From Microcoleus sp. (GTDB lineage Bacteria > Cyanobacteriota > Cyanobacteriia > Cyanobacteriales > Microcoleaceae): DNA of 64,000 nt. Within the stretch, counting starts at the first letter, position 1; every line of letters begins with the position of its first letter. The stretch covers positions 224,001 to 288,000 of the forward strand of contig JAYFMW010000028.1 of the NCBI GenBank assembly GCA_042408215.1. Reading direction: 5' to 3'. Below the pieces are notes generated by a model. That model was not told where the DNA came from. It ran no database searches and was given only the letters and a program-made list of their open reading frames with translations. This document shows, one piece after another, positions 42,681 to 53,606 of this stretch. A program made the position numbers and the translations under genes.

Positions 42681-42715
42681 AAATAAACTGAACCTAGAAA
42701 ATTAAAGAAACAAAA

Positions 42716-43033
42716 ATGGCAGCTATCCCACAACAAAAAATTCGCATTCGCCTCAAAGCTTTCGATCGCCGCATTCTAGACGCATCTTGTGAAAAGATTG
42801 TAGATACAGCAAATCGGACAGCCGCTACTGCGATCGGCCCGATTCCTTTGCCCACAAAACGGCGGATTTACTGTTTGCTGCGATCGCCCCACGTAGACAA
42901 AGATTCTCGCGAACACTTTGAAACCCGCACGCACCGCCGCATCATCGACATTCACCAGCCTTCTGCTAAAACAATTGACGCTTTGATGAAACTGGATTTG
43001 CCCGCCGGCGTAGATATCGAAGTTAAGTTGTAG
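42716..43033 (+). CDS. rpsJ: 30S ribosomal protein S10
   Basis: [31 protein letters not shown]. Confidence 0.99.
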   Translation: MAAIPQQKIRIRLKAFDRRILDASCEKIVDTANRTAATAIGPIPLPTKRRIYCLLRSPHVDKDSREHFETRTHRRIIDIHQPSAKTIDALMKLDLPAGVDIEVKL

Positions 43034-43058
43034 ATTGACTCATCGAAAACTCGGAAAG

Positions 43059-43094
43059 AAGGAACAATGGAAAAATACATTGTTCCTTTTTTTT
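43059..43094 (+). terminator. Intrinsic terminator of the str operon
   Basis: AAGGAACAATG...CATTGTTCCTT followed by a T-run. Confidence 0.8.
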
Positions 43095-43312
43095 CATTCC
43101 CGGACGCAAGGATACTCAGAAACCGGGTTGTTTACGAAAATTCTGAGTTGTAGCCAACAGATTAGGTAAAAAACCCGGTTTCTTTGGTATGAGTGCGTCC
43201 ACGACTGTTTTTGATGAAAATTTGGGCGATCGAGTAGCAAAAACAAATGGGGGCAAAAGCAGATAAACCCCACTTGTGGAAGCCAGATATAGCCCAGTTT
43301 GTTTAAGCCCTA

Positions 43313-44887
43313 CTAGACATTGACAAAATAGTTGGCGCTGAGGTTGAGGTTGGTGGAACCTTGAACGATCGCAATCAGTTCGGGGCGACTTTCATTCAGG
43401 AAGATGGCTGTACCCGCAGCTAAACCTGCTGGTGAGGCTCCTAGACTATATCTTGACTTGGAGCCAGACAGTTGGATCGAGTCCTCCAAGGCATTGAAGT
43501 CCGTAATTAAAGCATAATCGTTGATGCCGGAGGTGCTGATGTTATCATCGTTGTAGAAGACTCCCTGAGTAGCGCCTAGCACAAAGCGATCGCGCCCAGC
43601 ACCACCAGTCAAGCGATCGATTTCGCCAGCACCTCTTCCTGCTGCTGCATCTGCGCCTGTCAGCACGTCGTCACCTTCATCACCAAAGACGCGATCGCTG
43701 CCAATACCACCAAAGACTGAATCATTACCGCGTCCACCGTAAAGGGTATCGTTGCTGCTATCCCCAAAGAGAGCATCGTTACCGTCGCCACCCGTAATGT
43801 AGTCATTTCCTGCACCACCACGAATGTTGTCATTAGCTGTGCCACCTGCCAGGTTATCGTTGTTGAGAGTACCCGACAGGTTGAGGGCAACAAAACCTTT
43901 ATTATTTTTGGTGCTGGCATCATTCTCCCCAGTATATCCCGCGTTGACCACGGTATTCAGATTGAGGAGAGAGCCATTTTGCTGGCTGAAACTGCTGCCT
44001 TGCAGCAATTCTGTAAAGAGGTTAGTACCATAAGTATGGTCGCCACCTAAAAAGTTTTTAGGAATGATTGAGTTTCCAGGCTGCCACCAATCTTTCTTAT
44101 TGGCGTAAATATCTTGAGTACCTAAGCGATCGTTGTAACCCAAAACTATACTGGTATGGATTGCCACAACCCGATTAGCGTCAGTGGGATCGAGGCGATC
44201 GGCTGCACCCTTACCCTCAAATGCCGGGCCTGCCGGATCGAGTCCCACAATTTGGTTAATCGCTTTTCCGCTAGATTGACTATAGGCTCTGCCTGCAAAT
44301 CCAGCAACGTGCGCCCCCAAGCTGTGTCCTATTAAGGTCGTGAAGTTAGGATCGACACCGCTATTTTTCAAGTAAGCAGATAGCTGATTGCCAACATCGC
44401 GTGTTTTGTCGGCAGAAGGGAAATACAAGACATTACCAGCATCCTTTTCCCAGTCAACCACGACGATATTCGCGTTAGACTCTCGCTGGCGTATAGTTTG
44501 AGCTTGGTCGGCCAGCCAATCCCCTGGCTTGTAACCGTTGCCTGCATTTCCGCCGCTATTTCGCCAGCCGTGAATAAGTACATAAGTAGTTGGTGCTTCA
44601 GGATTGATCCGTGCGGAACGGTCGATCGAACCATTACCCCAAATATTAAAACTGACTCCAGAAGCGCCACTGGCATTAGAAGACATTGACCCAAAAGTGT
44701 TCATTGTAGTGTTCATCGTCATGCTTCCAATACTCATATTGGAAGACTGATTGAGGAATAAACTGCCGTTCATCCCCGGCAGATTCAAAGAAGGATTGAG
44801 GGATAGATTATTATTCATGTTTCCCAATATGGGAAACATAGTGTTTGATGAGGAAGTAATGTTAGAGTTAGAAATGGAAATTGCCAT
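43313..44887 (-). CDS. Lipase (pancreatic lipase/PLA1-like alpha/beta hydrolase) with C-terminal RTX Ca-binding repeats
   Basis: IHGW, VVDW, GHSLGAHVAG, GLDPAGP, RLDPTDA...IHTS and GGxGxD nonapeptides. Start MAISIS at 44887. Confidence 0.88.
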   Translation of the reverse strand: MAISISNSNITSSSNTMFPILGNMNNNLSLNPSLNLPGMNGSLFLNQSSNMSIGSMTMNTTMNTFGSMSSNASGASGVSFNIWGNGSIDRSARINPEAPTTYVLIHGWRNSGGNAGNGYKPGDWLADQAQTIRQRESNANIVVVDWEKDAGNVLYFPSADKTRDVGNQLSAYLKNSGVDPNFTTLIGHSLGAHVAGFAGRAYSQSSGKAINQIVGLDPAGPAFEGKGAADRLDPTDANRVVAIHTSIVLGYNDRLGTQDIYANKKDWWQPGNSIIPKNFLGGDHTYGTNLFTELLQGSSFSQQNGSLLNLNTVVNAGYTGENDASTKNNKGFVALNLSGTLNNDNLAGGTANDNIRGGAGNDYITGGDGNDALFGDSSNDTLYGGRGNDSVFGGIGSDRVFGDEGDDVLTGADAAAGRGAGEIDRLTGGAGRDRFVLGATQGVFYNDDNISTSGINDYALITDFNALEDSIQLSGSKSRYSLGASPAGLAAGTAIFLNESRPELIAIVQGSTNLNLSANYFVNV

Positions 44888-45026
44888 TGGTTTTTCCTTA
44901 TTATGTGAAAATTTTCGATGAATTAAGTTAATTGACTTTGCTGACTTTTGATCTGTCAGATTTTTTTCCATTGAAGGTGCGCTAGCAAATGACATAACGC
45001 ACCCATAAGCTATACAAGGTGATTCA

Positions 45027-45284
45027 TCAGTGCTGCTTTCGAGAAGCCAGCCAAGCCACACCGAATACTGCCAGTGGAATAGCAGCAACAGCGAGAACAG
45101 GTGCTACGGCCACAGCAGTAACAGTTGTACCAGCGCTAGCAATCGTTACTGCACCAATACCACCTGTAGTGGTTGCTAGTGTTCCGGCTCCTGCTGTTGC
45201 AGCACCAAGTATGCCTGCTTTTGTCGCAAGTGCTGTACCGCCAAGAGTCGCTAATCCTGCGATCGCAGATCCATTACTGTTCAT
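45027..45284 (-). CDS. Small Gly/Ala/Thr-rich hydrophobic protein (glycine-zipper-like)
   Basis: 85 aa; RBS GGGAG upstream; C-terminal TM helix with basic tail. Confidence 0.6.
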   Translation of the reverse strand: MNSNGSAIAGLATLGGTALATKAGILGAATAGAGTLATTTGGIGAVTIASAGTTVTAVAVAPVLAVAAIPLAVFGVAWLASRKQH

Positions 45285-45422
45285 AACGCTCAGTCTCCCG
45301 TAAAAATTTACTTGCTTTCCATTACAACATTGGCGTTAACCCATGTGTGGGATAGAATTAGGACAATTTCAGTTACTATAAAAATTCTGAAATTATCCTT
45401 GACAGTTAAACTTTTAAGTAAT

Positions 45423-48400
45423 ATGCAAACTCTCAAAGCTTCTCTGAAGGGATTGGAAAAGATTACAGAAGCCGTGGAGAAATACCAAAAGGCAACAGGT
45501 TGGCCTTTAGATGATCCGCGATGGGCTGAAGAAGCCAGTCAATTCCTACCCGAACAAAGAACCACCAAAGGCACATTAGTGCCAGGAACCGTTTCAACTG
45601 GGCCTTGGAAGAACTTCAGGACTAGCAAAAAGCCCATTAAAGCTTATTATTTCAAAGCTTTTTGCCAGATGCTAAAGTTGGACTGGGAAGAAGTTGTCGA
45701 TAATAATCCATCTCAGTCAACCACTCTGGCTGTATCTTCAACCCAAGACTGGGGAGATGCCCGCATTGTCTCCTATTGCTACGGGCGCACTCAGAAACTA
45801 CGTACATTAGAAAAATGGATAGAGGACAAATGTCAATTAATTTTGCTGCTGGGTGAAGGAGGTATAGGTAAAACTACTCTCTCGATCGAATTAGCCAAAA
45901 AAATTCAAAATAATTTTGACTATATAATCTGGCGAAGTCTTGAAGCATCTCCATCAGTAGAAAAAATCATAACTGATGCAATCCAATTATTTTCTAATCA
46001 ACAAGACACTACACTACCAGAGACTTTAGAGGATAAAATAACCAGACTGATTCATTATTTAGAATCTTCACGCTGTTTGATTGTACTGGATAATGCAGAG
46101 TCAATTCTTCAAACTGGTAATCATATCGGTCAATATCGGGAAGGCTATCAAGGCTATGGTGATTTGCTCAAACGAATAGCTCAATCATCTCATCGAAGCT
46201 GTTTGCTAATCACCAGTCGAGAGAAACCAGAAGCAACTGACTTAATGGCGAGAAAAAATCCCAGAATACAATCATTAGAGTTAGATGGTTTAAAGGTAGA
46301 AGATGGTCGAAAACTTTTTACAACCTTTGGAGATTTTTTTGGCTCTGAAGATGATTGGAATTTAGTTATTGAACACTATACAGGTAATCCTTTTGCATTG
46401 GAAGTTGCGGCAAAAGAAATACAAGATTCCTTAAGCGGAAATTTATCTATTTTAGTTCAAAATTATTTTCAAGCTGGTTTATTAATTTTTAATGAAATTA
46501 ACGATTTATTAGAGCGTCAGTTTGACCGTCTCTCTCTCTCAGAACAAATGATTATGTACTGGCTCGCGATTAATTATGAGCCAGTGTTAGATAAAGAACT
46601 ACAAGAAGATATTTTTTCAAGGGAATTTCAAGGAAAAATACTTCAATCTCTAGCATCTTTGAAACGGCGATCGCTCATCAAAAATACCCCATTGGGATAT
46701 ACACAGCTACCCGTATTGAGAGAATACATTATCAATCGACTAATAGATGAACTTTGCCAAGAAATTAAGACTGAGCAAATAGAACGTTTGAACAGCTACT
46801 CTCTCTGCAAAGCAACATCCAAAGACTATATTAGAGAAACTCAAGTTCGCCAAATTATCACACCAATGCTGTCAAGATTGCTTCATGAACTTGGCGGGAA
46901 AAGAAATGTCGAAAATAAACTTAAACAAATTCTCTCAAATTGCCAACAACAATCGCCTCAAGCGCCTGGATATTTAGGAGGTAATATTCTCAACATCTTG
47001 TGCGAGCTAGAAACCGATTTGACAAACTATGATTTTTCTAATTTAACTATTTCCCAAGCCTATCTGCATGGAGTTAATTTACATCAGGTTAATTTTGCCA
47101 ACTCTGACTTATCTAAATCGGTTTTTTCTGAACCATTAGGCAGCATTCTATCAGTAGCCTTTAGTTCTGATGGTAAATTTTGGGCAACAGGTGATGCAGA
47201 TAAAAATATTTATATTTGGCGAGTAGCAGACGGTCAACTCCTCACTACTTGTGTAGGTCATACTAATTGGGTAAGGTCTGTTGTCTTTCATCCCCAAAAA
47301 CAAATTTTAGCTAGTGCGAGTGACGATCGCACCATTAAGTTATGGAATATTAATACAGGTCAATGTCTTGCCACATTACAGGGACACACCGATCGAGTTT
47401 GGTCAGTAGCCTTCAGTCATGACGGTAAGATATTGGCTAGTGCTAGTGATAATGCCGATCGCACCGTAAGATTGTGGGATGTGGATGATGTTGACTCTCC
47501 TCAATTTCTGCGAATTCTACCACATAGTTGCTGGGTAGTCAAAGTTGCTTTCAACGCTCAAGGGACAGTTTTAGCCAGTGGGAGTGCAGATCGAACTGTA
47601 AAATTATGGGATGTTCAGACAGGTGAATGTCACACCACCTGGCAAAAGGTTGAGTATAAGGTTCGCTCAATAGACTTTAGTCCTGATGGTAAAAGTCTAG
47701 CAATTGGTACAGATGATGAACTTGTCTGGTTGTTGGATATTGATAATGGTGAATGCCTCAACACTTTTCGTGGACATGATGGAAGAGTGTGGTCAGTTGC
47801 TTTTAGTCCTGACGGTCAAACTCTGGCTAGTGGCGACCATCTAACTGTCAAGTTATGGAATATTGAAAATGGTGAATTATTACTTACTTTACCAGAAATC
47901 GATCGCCGAGTGCGAGCTATAGCTTTTAGTCCTGATGGTGAAACTCTCATTAGTGGTAGTGACGATCAAAGTATCAGATCGTGGGATGTCCGCAAAGGTG
48001 AATCTTTGAAAACTATATATGGCTATACTCAACGAGTGTGGTCAGTCGCTTTTTCACCTGATGGGAAAACTTTGGTTAGTGGGAGTGACGATCGCACAAT
48101 TAAGCTGTGGGATATTGAGACAGGTAAGGGCAAAATTTTGGGTATAGCTAAAAAGCGCGTACAGTCAGTTGCTTTCCATCCTCAAGGAACAAAAATAGCC
48201 AGTGGTGGTAATGATGGTAGGGTTCAATTATGGGATATTGGTACTCGTGAATGTTTAATTTTACCAGAGAAACACAGAGATTGGATTTGGTTAGTTGCTT
48301 TCTACGATGAAGGAACAAAACTGATTAGTGTTGGGGACGATCGCGCTATCAAATTATGGGACTTTAAGACAGGTCAATGCTTGAAAAATTTAAAGGATTA

Positions 48401-48995
48401 TCCAGATTGGATTTGGTCAATTGCGATGAGTCCTGATGCTGAAAATTTAGTGATTGGCAGTGATGCTAAAACGTTACATTTATGGAATATTGAAACACAA
48501 CAGCTAACAAATTTAGGAGAACATAACAATCGGGTGCGTTCAGTTGCTTGGAGTCCTAATGGTAAAACTATAGCTAGTGGCAGTGATGACCTCACCATCA
48601 AACTATGGGACGTTAGCACAGGTAAATGCCTGCATAGTTTACAAGAACATACCGATCTAATTAGATCGGTTGCTTTTAGTCCTAATAGCCAAATTGTAGC
48701 CAGTGGCAGTGATGACCTCACCATCAAATTATGGGATGTACAAAGTGGTCATTGCATCCAAACTTTAACAGGACATATAAATACAGTTCGCTCTGTTGCT
48801 TTTAGTGCTGATGGATTAATGCTGGCAAGTGGCAGTGAAGATGAGACAATTAAACTGTGGAATATTCAAACAGGTGTCTGTATTAAAACACTAAAAGCTG
48901 AACGACTTTATGAAGGAATGAATATTACAAGTGTGAAAGGGATTACTAACGATCGGAAAGACACGCTGAAAGTATTAGGCGCAGTAGGAAATTAG
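45423..48995 (+). CDS. STAND (NB-ARC/NACHT-like) NTPase with N-terminal HTH-like domain, pentapeptide linker and ~14 WD40 repeats
   Basis: GEGGIGKT, IVLDNAE, LITSRE, GNPFAL and repeated SVAFSPDG...LASGSDD.TIKLWD. Confidence 0.92.
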   Translation: MQTLKASLKGLEKITEAVEKYQKATGWPLDDPRWAEEASQFLPEQRTTKGTLVPGTVSTGPWKNFRTSKKPIKAYYFKAFCQMLKLDWEEVVDNNPSQSTTLAVSSTQDWGDARIVSYCYGRTQKLRTLEKWIEDKCQLILLLGEGGIGKTTLSIELAKKIQNNFDYIIWRSLEASPSVEKIITDAIQLFSNQQDTTLPETLEDKITRLIHYLESSRCLIVLDNAESILQTGNHIGQYREGYQGYGDLLKRIAQSSHRSCLLITSREKPEATDLMARKNPRIQSLELDGLKVEDGRKLFTTFGDFFGSEDDWNLVIEHYTGNPFALEVAAKEIQDSLSGNLSILVQNYFQAGLLIFNEINDLLERQFDRLSLSEQMIMYWLAINYEPVLDKELQEDIFSREFQGKILQSLASLKRRSLIKNTPLGYTQLPVLREYIINRLIDELCQEIKTEQIERLNSYSLCKATSKDYIRETQVRQIITPMLSRLLHELGGKRNVENKLKQILSNCQQQSPQAPGYLGGNILNILCELETDLTNYDFSNLTISQAYLHGVNLHQVNFANSDLSKSVFSEPLGSILSVAFSSDGKFWATGDADKNIYIWRVADGQLLTTCVGHTNWVRSVVFHPQKQILASASDDRTIKLWNINTGQCLATLQGHTDRVWSVAFSHDGKILASASDNADRTVRLWDVDDVDSPQFLRILPHSCWVVKVAFNAQGTVLASGSADRTVKLWDVQTGECHTTWQKVEYKVRSIDFSPDGKSLAIGTDDELVWLLDIDNGECLNTFRGHDGRVWSVAFSPDGQTLASGDHLTVKLWNIENGELLLTLPEIDRRVRAIAFSPDGETLISGSDDQSIRSWDVRKGESLKTIYGYTQRVWSVAFSPDGKTLVSGSDDRTIKLWDIETGKGKILGIAKKRVQSVAFHPQGTKIASGGNDGRVQLWDIGTRECLILPEKHRDWIWLVAFYDEGTKLISVGDDRAIKLWDFKTGQCLKNLKDYPDWIWSIAMSPDAENLVIGSDAKTLHLWNIETQQLTNLGEHNNRVRSVAWSPNGKTIASGSDDLTIKLWDVSTGKCLHSLQEHTDLIRSVAFSPNSQIVASGSDDLTIKLWDVQSGHCIQTLTGHINTVRSVAFSADGLMLASGSEDETIKLWNIQTGVCIKTLKAERLYEGMNITSVKGITNDRKDTLKVLGAVGN

Positions 48996-49536
48996 CGATA
49001 TGTTGAGGTTAATAGGCAAACCTACTCTATTTTAATCCTTAAACCTACGTTGCTCCGGCGGTCAACCCAAATTGTGCAGAATCCTGATGTAGAAGCACGT
49101 CTCGCAACTTCTAAAGTCACCCCCAAACGCTTGACATCCTTTCTGGTCACAGCCGGATCTGGTCACAGCCGGAGACAAGTAACGTTCAGCGCAATTATGG
49201 TGGCACTTCCGGCTGGCCGAGGAAATACCACCATTGAGCGACTTTGTTCTGGAGAAATCGCCCGAACTTATTCCAGGCTTCTACTAATGATCGCTCACTT
49301 CTATTTAACGAGCGATCGGAACTTTTGGCACGCTATATATAGCGTGCTTGCGTAAGTCCTATAGATCCCCTTATGGAGGAAGCCGATCGCCGGTGACGGA
49401 TGTTTTCAAGCTGACAGCACTAGGTATACTTGCATTTAACCGAATTTTCGTTCGATCGCCCCTCACCCCGCCCAGAATTACTCAAATCAGTTAAAGTAAG
49501 AAAAATCAGCGCAAGTACCCTCACATTCGAGCGACA

Positions 49537-50178
49537 ATGGCATCCTCTTCCTCTGTAGCAGTTCGCGAACTCCCCCTATTTCCGTTGCCGGAAGTGGTTC
49601 TATTTCCCGGTAGACCGCTCCCGCTGCAAATCTTCGAGTTTCGCTATCGAATCATGATGAATACGATTCTGGAGAGCGATCGCCGTTTTGGTGTACTCAT
49701 GTGGGACCCCGACCAAAATAAAGTCTCCGCCGTCGGCTGCTGCGCCGAAGTAATTCACTGTCAGCGACTCCCCGACGATCGCATGAAAATTATGACTATC
49801 GGACAGCAACGGTTCCGGGTGCTCGACGCAGTGAGGGAAAAACCCTATTTAGTCGGTTTAGTAGAATGGATTGAAGACGAACCGCCGCAAAAAGACCTCA
49901 GATCTTTAAGCCGAGATGTCGAACAACTGCTTCGAGATGTAGTTCGCCTCTCTAGCAAATTGATGGATCAGGCGATCGACTTACCAGAAGATATTCCCAG
50001 TTTGCCTACAGAGTTGTCCTATTGGGTAGCCAGCTACCTTTACGGCGCGGCGACAGAACAGCAAATACTTTTAGAATTGCAAGATACTGCTGCTAGATTG
50101 GAACGCGAAACAGAAATTTTGACTTCGACTCGCAATCACTTGGCAGCTCGGACTGTACTTAAAGATACACTCCAGTAG
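49537..50178 (+). CDS. LON peptidase substrate-binding domain protein
   Basis: LPLFPLPEVVLFPG...IFEFRYRIM. Confidence 0.9.
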   Translation: MASSSSVAVRELPLFPLPEVVLFPGRPLPLQIFEFRYRIMMNTILESDRRFGVLMWDPDQNKVSAVGCCAEVIHCQRLPDDRMKIMTIGQQRFRVLDAVREKPYLVGLVEWIEDEPPQKDLRSLSRDVEQLLRDVVRLSSKLMDQAIDLPEDIPSLPTELSYWVASYLYGAATEQQILLELQDTAARLERETEILTSTRNHLAARTVLKDTLQ

Positions 50179-50193
50179 TCATCCTCTCGTTAC

Positions 50194-50292
50194 TAAGCTG
50201 AGGCGCATCTAAATTTTACAGTCAAGTTTAATCAAATTTTTGTGGGGTGTCCCGCCCGCCCGAAAAATACAATTTAGATGCCCGACAGCTTG
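50194..50292. mobile_element. MITE-like element; related copy at ~22675-22764
   Basis: Terminal inverted repeats AAGCTG..GCATCTAAATT / AATTTAGATGC..CAGCTT; shared core GGGTGTCCCGCCCGCCC. Confidence 0.6.
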
Positions 50293-50352
50293 TGATTCAG
50301 GAGTAAGTTTATGTTAGAAAATCTCGAGGGACCGAAACCATAGGCAGTGCAG

Positions 50353-50505
50353 TTAGAGGCGGTCAACTGCCGCCTCTTTCAAATTGGCACAAGCGAGACA
50401 AATATGACTTAGGAAAGCTGCTTGCAAAGAAGCCTCTTTTAAGTTGGTTTCATGAAAATTTCTTGCCCCGGCTGCCGATCGCTTCAGAAGTTCATCAGCA
50501 TTCAT
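50353..50505 (-). pseudogene. Truncated pentapeptide-repeat protein
   Basis: MNADELLKRSAAGARNF...NLKEASL; only 50 aa. Confidence 0.55.
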
Positions 50506-50534
50506 CTTCCTAGGCTCATGAGTTTTACTGAAAA

Positions 50535-51467
50535 TTACACTACTGACAGTACACTGTAGCAACCAAAGATTTTTAAAGTTTCAGTGTGGATTTTTAACTC
50601 TTCTAGTGCCTCACGAACTAATGCTTGGCAAGCGTCGGTTTCAATGTCCATAAAGAAAAGATATTCTCCGAGCGATCGCTTAGTCGGTCTAGATTCAATG
50701 CGACTTAAATTAATACCCCGACTGGCAAATACTTGCAAAGGTTTTACCAGCGCTCCCGGCATATTGGCGGGCACGCTAAAAGCTAGCGACGTGTGAGTAC
50801 AATTAGATGGCTCAGCATCGAGGCTCAAGCTGGCGGCCGATTTAGATGAGCGATCGGATTCTCCGGCATTTCCAAGTTCTTCAACACCCCTGCCAAGTAT
50901 CCAAAATCGAGTGTAATTGTCGGGATAATCATTAATCGGGTGAGCTAACACTGGCAAATTGTAAAGTTGAGCTGCTCTGGGCGCAGAAATCACCGCTATA
51001 CTTCTATCATCCAGGTACTGCAATGCTTCGGTAGTTGAATTTGCCGGAATCAACTGAGCCGATGGGATAAACTTCCCCAACCACAACTGACACTGAGCAA
51101 GGGCTTGCGGGTGAGAGTAAACTTTTTGAATCTCGTTAAAACCTTGAGCTTTTGATACTAGGGCGTGGGAAATCGGTAACACTAAGGCGTGTTGAATGCG
51201 GAGCCGATCGAGTCGCCACAACGTATCTAGCGTCACCGTCACGCTACCTTCGATCGAATTTTCCACCGGCACAACTGCATAGTCAACCTGTCCGCAGGCA
51301 GATGCCTCTAGCGCCTGGGAAATGGTTGAATAAGGACAGAGGGTGCATTCGGAGTTAGTTTCTTCGCTCAACCACTTGAGATAAGCCAGAGCGGCTGTTT
51401 CTGCATTAGTACCAACAGGGCCCAGATGTGCGATCCTCTTCGAGGGCTTCGCTAACGAAATTTTCAT
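50535..51467 (-). CDS. pheA: Prephenate dehydratase
   Basis: VPVENSIEGSV, SHPQALAQC, NYTRF and IESRP. Confidence 0.96.
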   Translation of the reverse strand: MKISLAKPSKRIAHLGPVGTNAETAALAYLKWLSEETNSECTLCPYSTISQALEASACGQVDYAVVPVENSIEGSVTVTLDTLWRLDRLRIQHALVLPISHALVSKAQGFNEIQKVYSHPQALAQCQLWLGKFIPSAQLIPANSTTEALQYLDDRSIAVISAPRAAQLYNLPVLAHPINDYPDNYTRFWILGRGVEELGNAGESDRSSKSAASLSLDAEPSNCTHTSLAFSVPANMPGALVKPLQVFASRGINLSRIESRPTKRSLGEYLFFMDIETDACQALVREALEELKIHTETLKIFGCYSVLSVV

Positions 51468-51663
51468 AATTTGACAATTTTACGTTACAACTCTTTGCTT
51501 AACTCCGATCGACGGGCAAGTATCATGGGGAAATTACTGATTTCTCGAAAGCTTTTCTCCGTTATTTCTCGGATGACATTGCTCGCCGCCTGACCTATGT
51601 CACCCAATCAGGGCGAAACTTTATTAAGATATTCTGACGAATCCTATATTTTGACATCCTCTC

Positions 51664-52248
51664 ATGTATATCCGGTTTAATGCTTCCCAATCCGTTGAGA
51701 TAGCCGTACCAGAGGAACGGGTTCCCATTCAACATTATCTGCGTCAGCCCCGGCGACTTGTGAACGCCCTAGTCGATCGAAGTCGCACTGAGCAGCTAAG
51801 TGATGAATGTTTTCGGCTAAAAATGCGGCCGTTAGAATTTATGATGCTGAGCATTCAACCCACAGTAGACATGAGGGTGTGGGCGCAGTCGGACGGCACA
51901 ATCAATTTGGAGTCTGTCGCCTGCGAAATTCGGGGCGTGGATTACATTAACGATCGCTTTGCTCTCAATCTCAAAGGGCAGTTGTCACCGCATCAAAGCG
52001 GGGGGACAACTTATCTCAAGGGAAAAGCGGATTTGGAAGTGGGAGTAGAGATGCCGCCACTTTTTTGGCTGACACCCAAACCGATTTTAGAAGCAACGGG
52101 CAACGGTTTGCTCAAGAGTGTACTGCTGACTATCAAACAGCGATTGATGTACCAGTTACTCTTAGATTACCGTCAGTGGGCCGGCAACGAAACAGAGGTA
52201 TTTGTGAGCGATCGCCCCCCAATATTATCTGTAGAAGGGCAAGTCTGA
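51664..52248 (+). CDS. DUF1997 family protein
   Basis: HYLRQPRRLV...FRLKMRPL...ATGNGLL; typical pheA neighbour. Confidence 0.8.
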   Translation: MYIRFNASQSVEIAVPEERVPIQHYLRQPRRLVNALVDRSRTEQLSDECFRLKMRPLEFMMLSIQPTVDMRVWAQSDGTINLESVACEIRGVDYINDRFALNLKGQLSPHQSGGTTYLKGKADLEVGVEMPPLFWLTPKPILEATGNGLLKSVLLTIKQRLMYQLLLDYRQWAGNETEVFVSDRPPILSVEGQV

Positions 52249-52306
52249 TAGTTGAGTTGCGAGTTAGGAGTTATATCCATTCCGGTTGCACTCAGCAATG
52301 ATTGTT

Positions 52307-52583
52307 AACAGTTGACGGTTGACGGTTGACGGTTGACGGTTGACGGTTGACGGTTGACGGTTGACGGTTGACGGTTGACGGTTGACAGTTGACGGTTGAC
52401 AGTTGACGGTTGACAGTTGACGGTTGACAGTTGACGGTTGACGGTTGACGGTTGACGGTTGACGGTTGACAGTTGACGGTTGACGGTTGACGGTTGACAG
52501 TTGACGGTTGACAGTTGACGGTTGACGGTTGACAGTTGACGGTTGACGGTTGACGGTTGACAGTTGACGGTTGACGGTTGACA
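52307..52583. repeat. STRR tract (GTTGAC[G/A])n, about 39 units
   Basis: Pure heptamer tandem. Confidence 0.97.
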
Positions 52584-52875
52584 GTGAGTCGAATATTTTA
52601 TCAAAGAAGTGAAAATTGCTCTGATCTAGCAGAAGCCCCGGCGGACATGATATTAATGATTGCTTCCACCCTTAATAGTTAAGCATCTTGACTCCTGACT
52701 CCTGACTCCTGACTCCTGCTATATTTGGTTGCCACTTGACTCGACTTTACGCCCGACGATGAAGCGCGGATTTGAGCTTATGAGTTTTTAACTAAGCAAT
52801 AAAACTCATAACTTTTGACAAGAGGTGTTTCTGGAAGCTTGCCTGTTTGAGCTTGCTCATAGGAATAGCAGCCAC

Positions 52876-53349
52876 TCAATCAAAATCGGTTTGAGTTAAC
52901 GCCCCTACTTCATCGTCATGGATGATGGCCAGATTCACAGGTAAAGCAGTTCGCCTTTCTTTTGGAGGTTCGTACATTTTGGCGGGGGGCGATGGTTTCA
53001 GTGGCATCTTTACTTGGCCCGGTTCGAGATTCGTCACGCCCACCCGAATCCGAATTTTGGGGCCGGAATTGCCCAAACGAATCGTCATCCCATCGGCCAC
53101 TGACACCTGAGCGATCGGGCGATCGTCTACATAAGTGCCATTAGCACCAAAATTAATAATTTCCCAGCCTGAAGGATGATTCCACAGCTCCACATGGTGG
53201 CGGGAAACGACAGCGCTGTAAATAATCACATCATTGTCGTTCGATCGACCGATCCGAACCACCGATTCGGATTCAAAACACCAACTTTGAACAGGCACGG
53301 ACTGGATAGGATGCAGGAGGGTTAAGGTAATCACTGATGTTATCAACAT
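52876..53349 (-). CDS. FHA domain protein
   Basis: RIGRS...VVSRHH...NGTY. Confidence 0.88.
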   Translation of the reverse strand: MLITSVITLTLLHPIQSVPVQSWCFESESVVRIGRSNDNDVIIYSAVVSRHHVELWNHPSGWEIINFGANGTYVDDRPIAQVSVADGMTIRLGNSGPKIRIRVGVTNLEPGQVKMPLKPSPPAKMYEPPKERRTALPVNLAIIHDDEVGALTQTDFD

Positions 53350-53606
53350 ATAGCAATAAATCTAACTCGATACCTGAGAGTAACCCCTAGTCGGAGTAAA
53401 TCGAAATAAATCACAATATTCCACTAAAGTTCACTTTTTCGACTCCTCTGTAGTCGCTTCCTTCAGCTTGTGGGACGAGCCACGGCCAAATAGAGCGTAG
53501 TGAAGTAGGAATCTTGAGGCAGTTTACCCAAGCCTCGTACAATCTTTCGTGGTAGTCGCGCTGACACCGTTCTAGTTTGATTGTACAGCCAAAGCATTAC
53601 TGCGTC

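Noticed and set aside
49050..49355. 101-aa ORF containing a 16-bp direct repeat
   Set aside because: TTG start, no RBS or motif; probably island-boundary debris.
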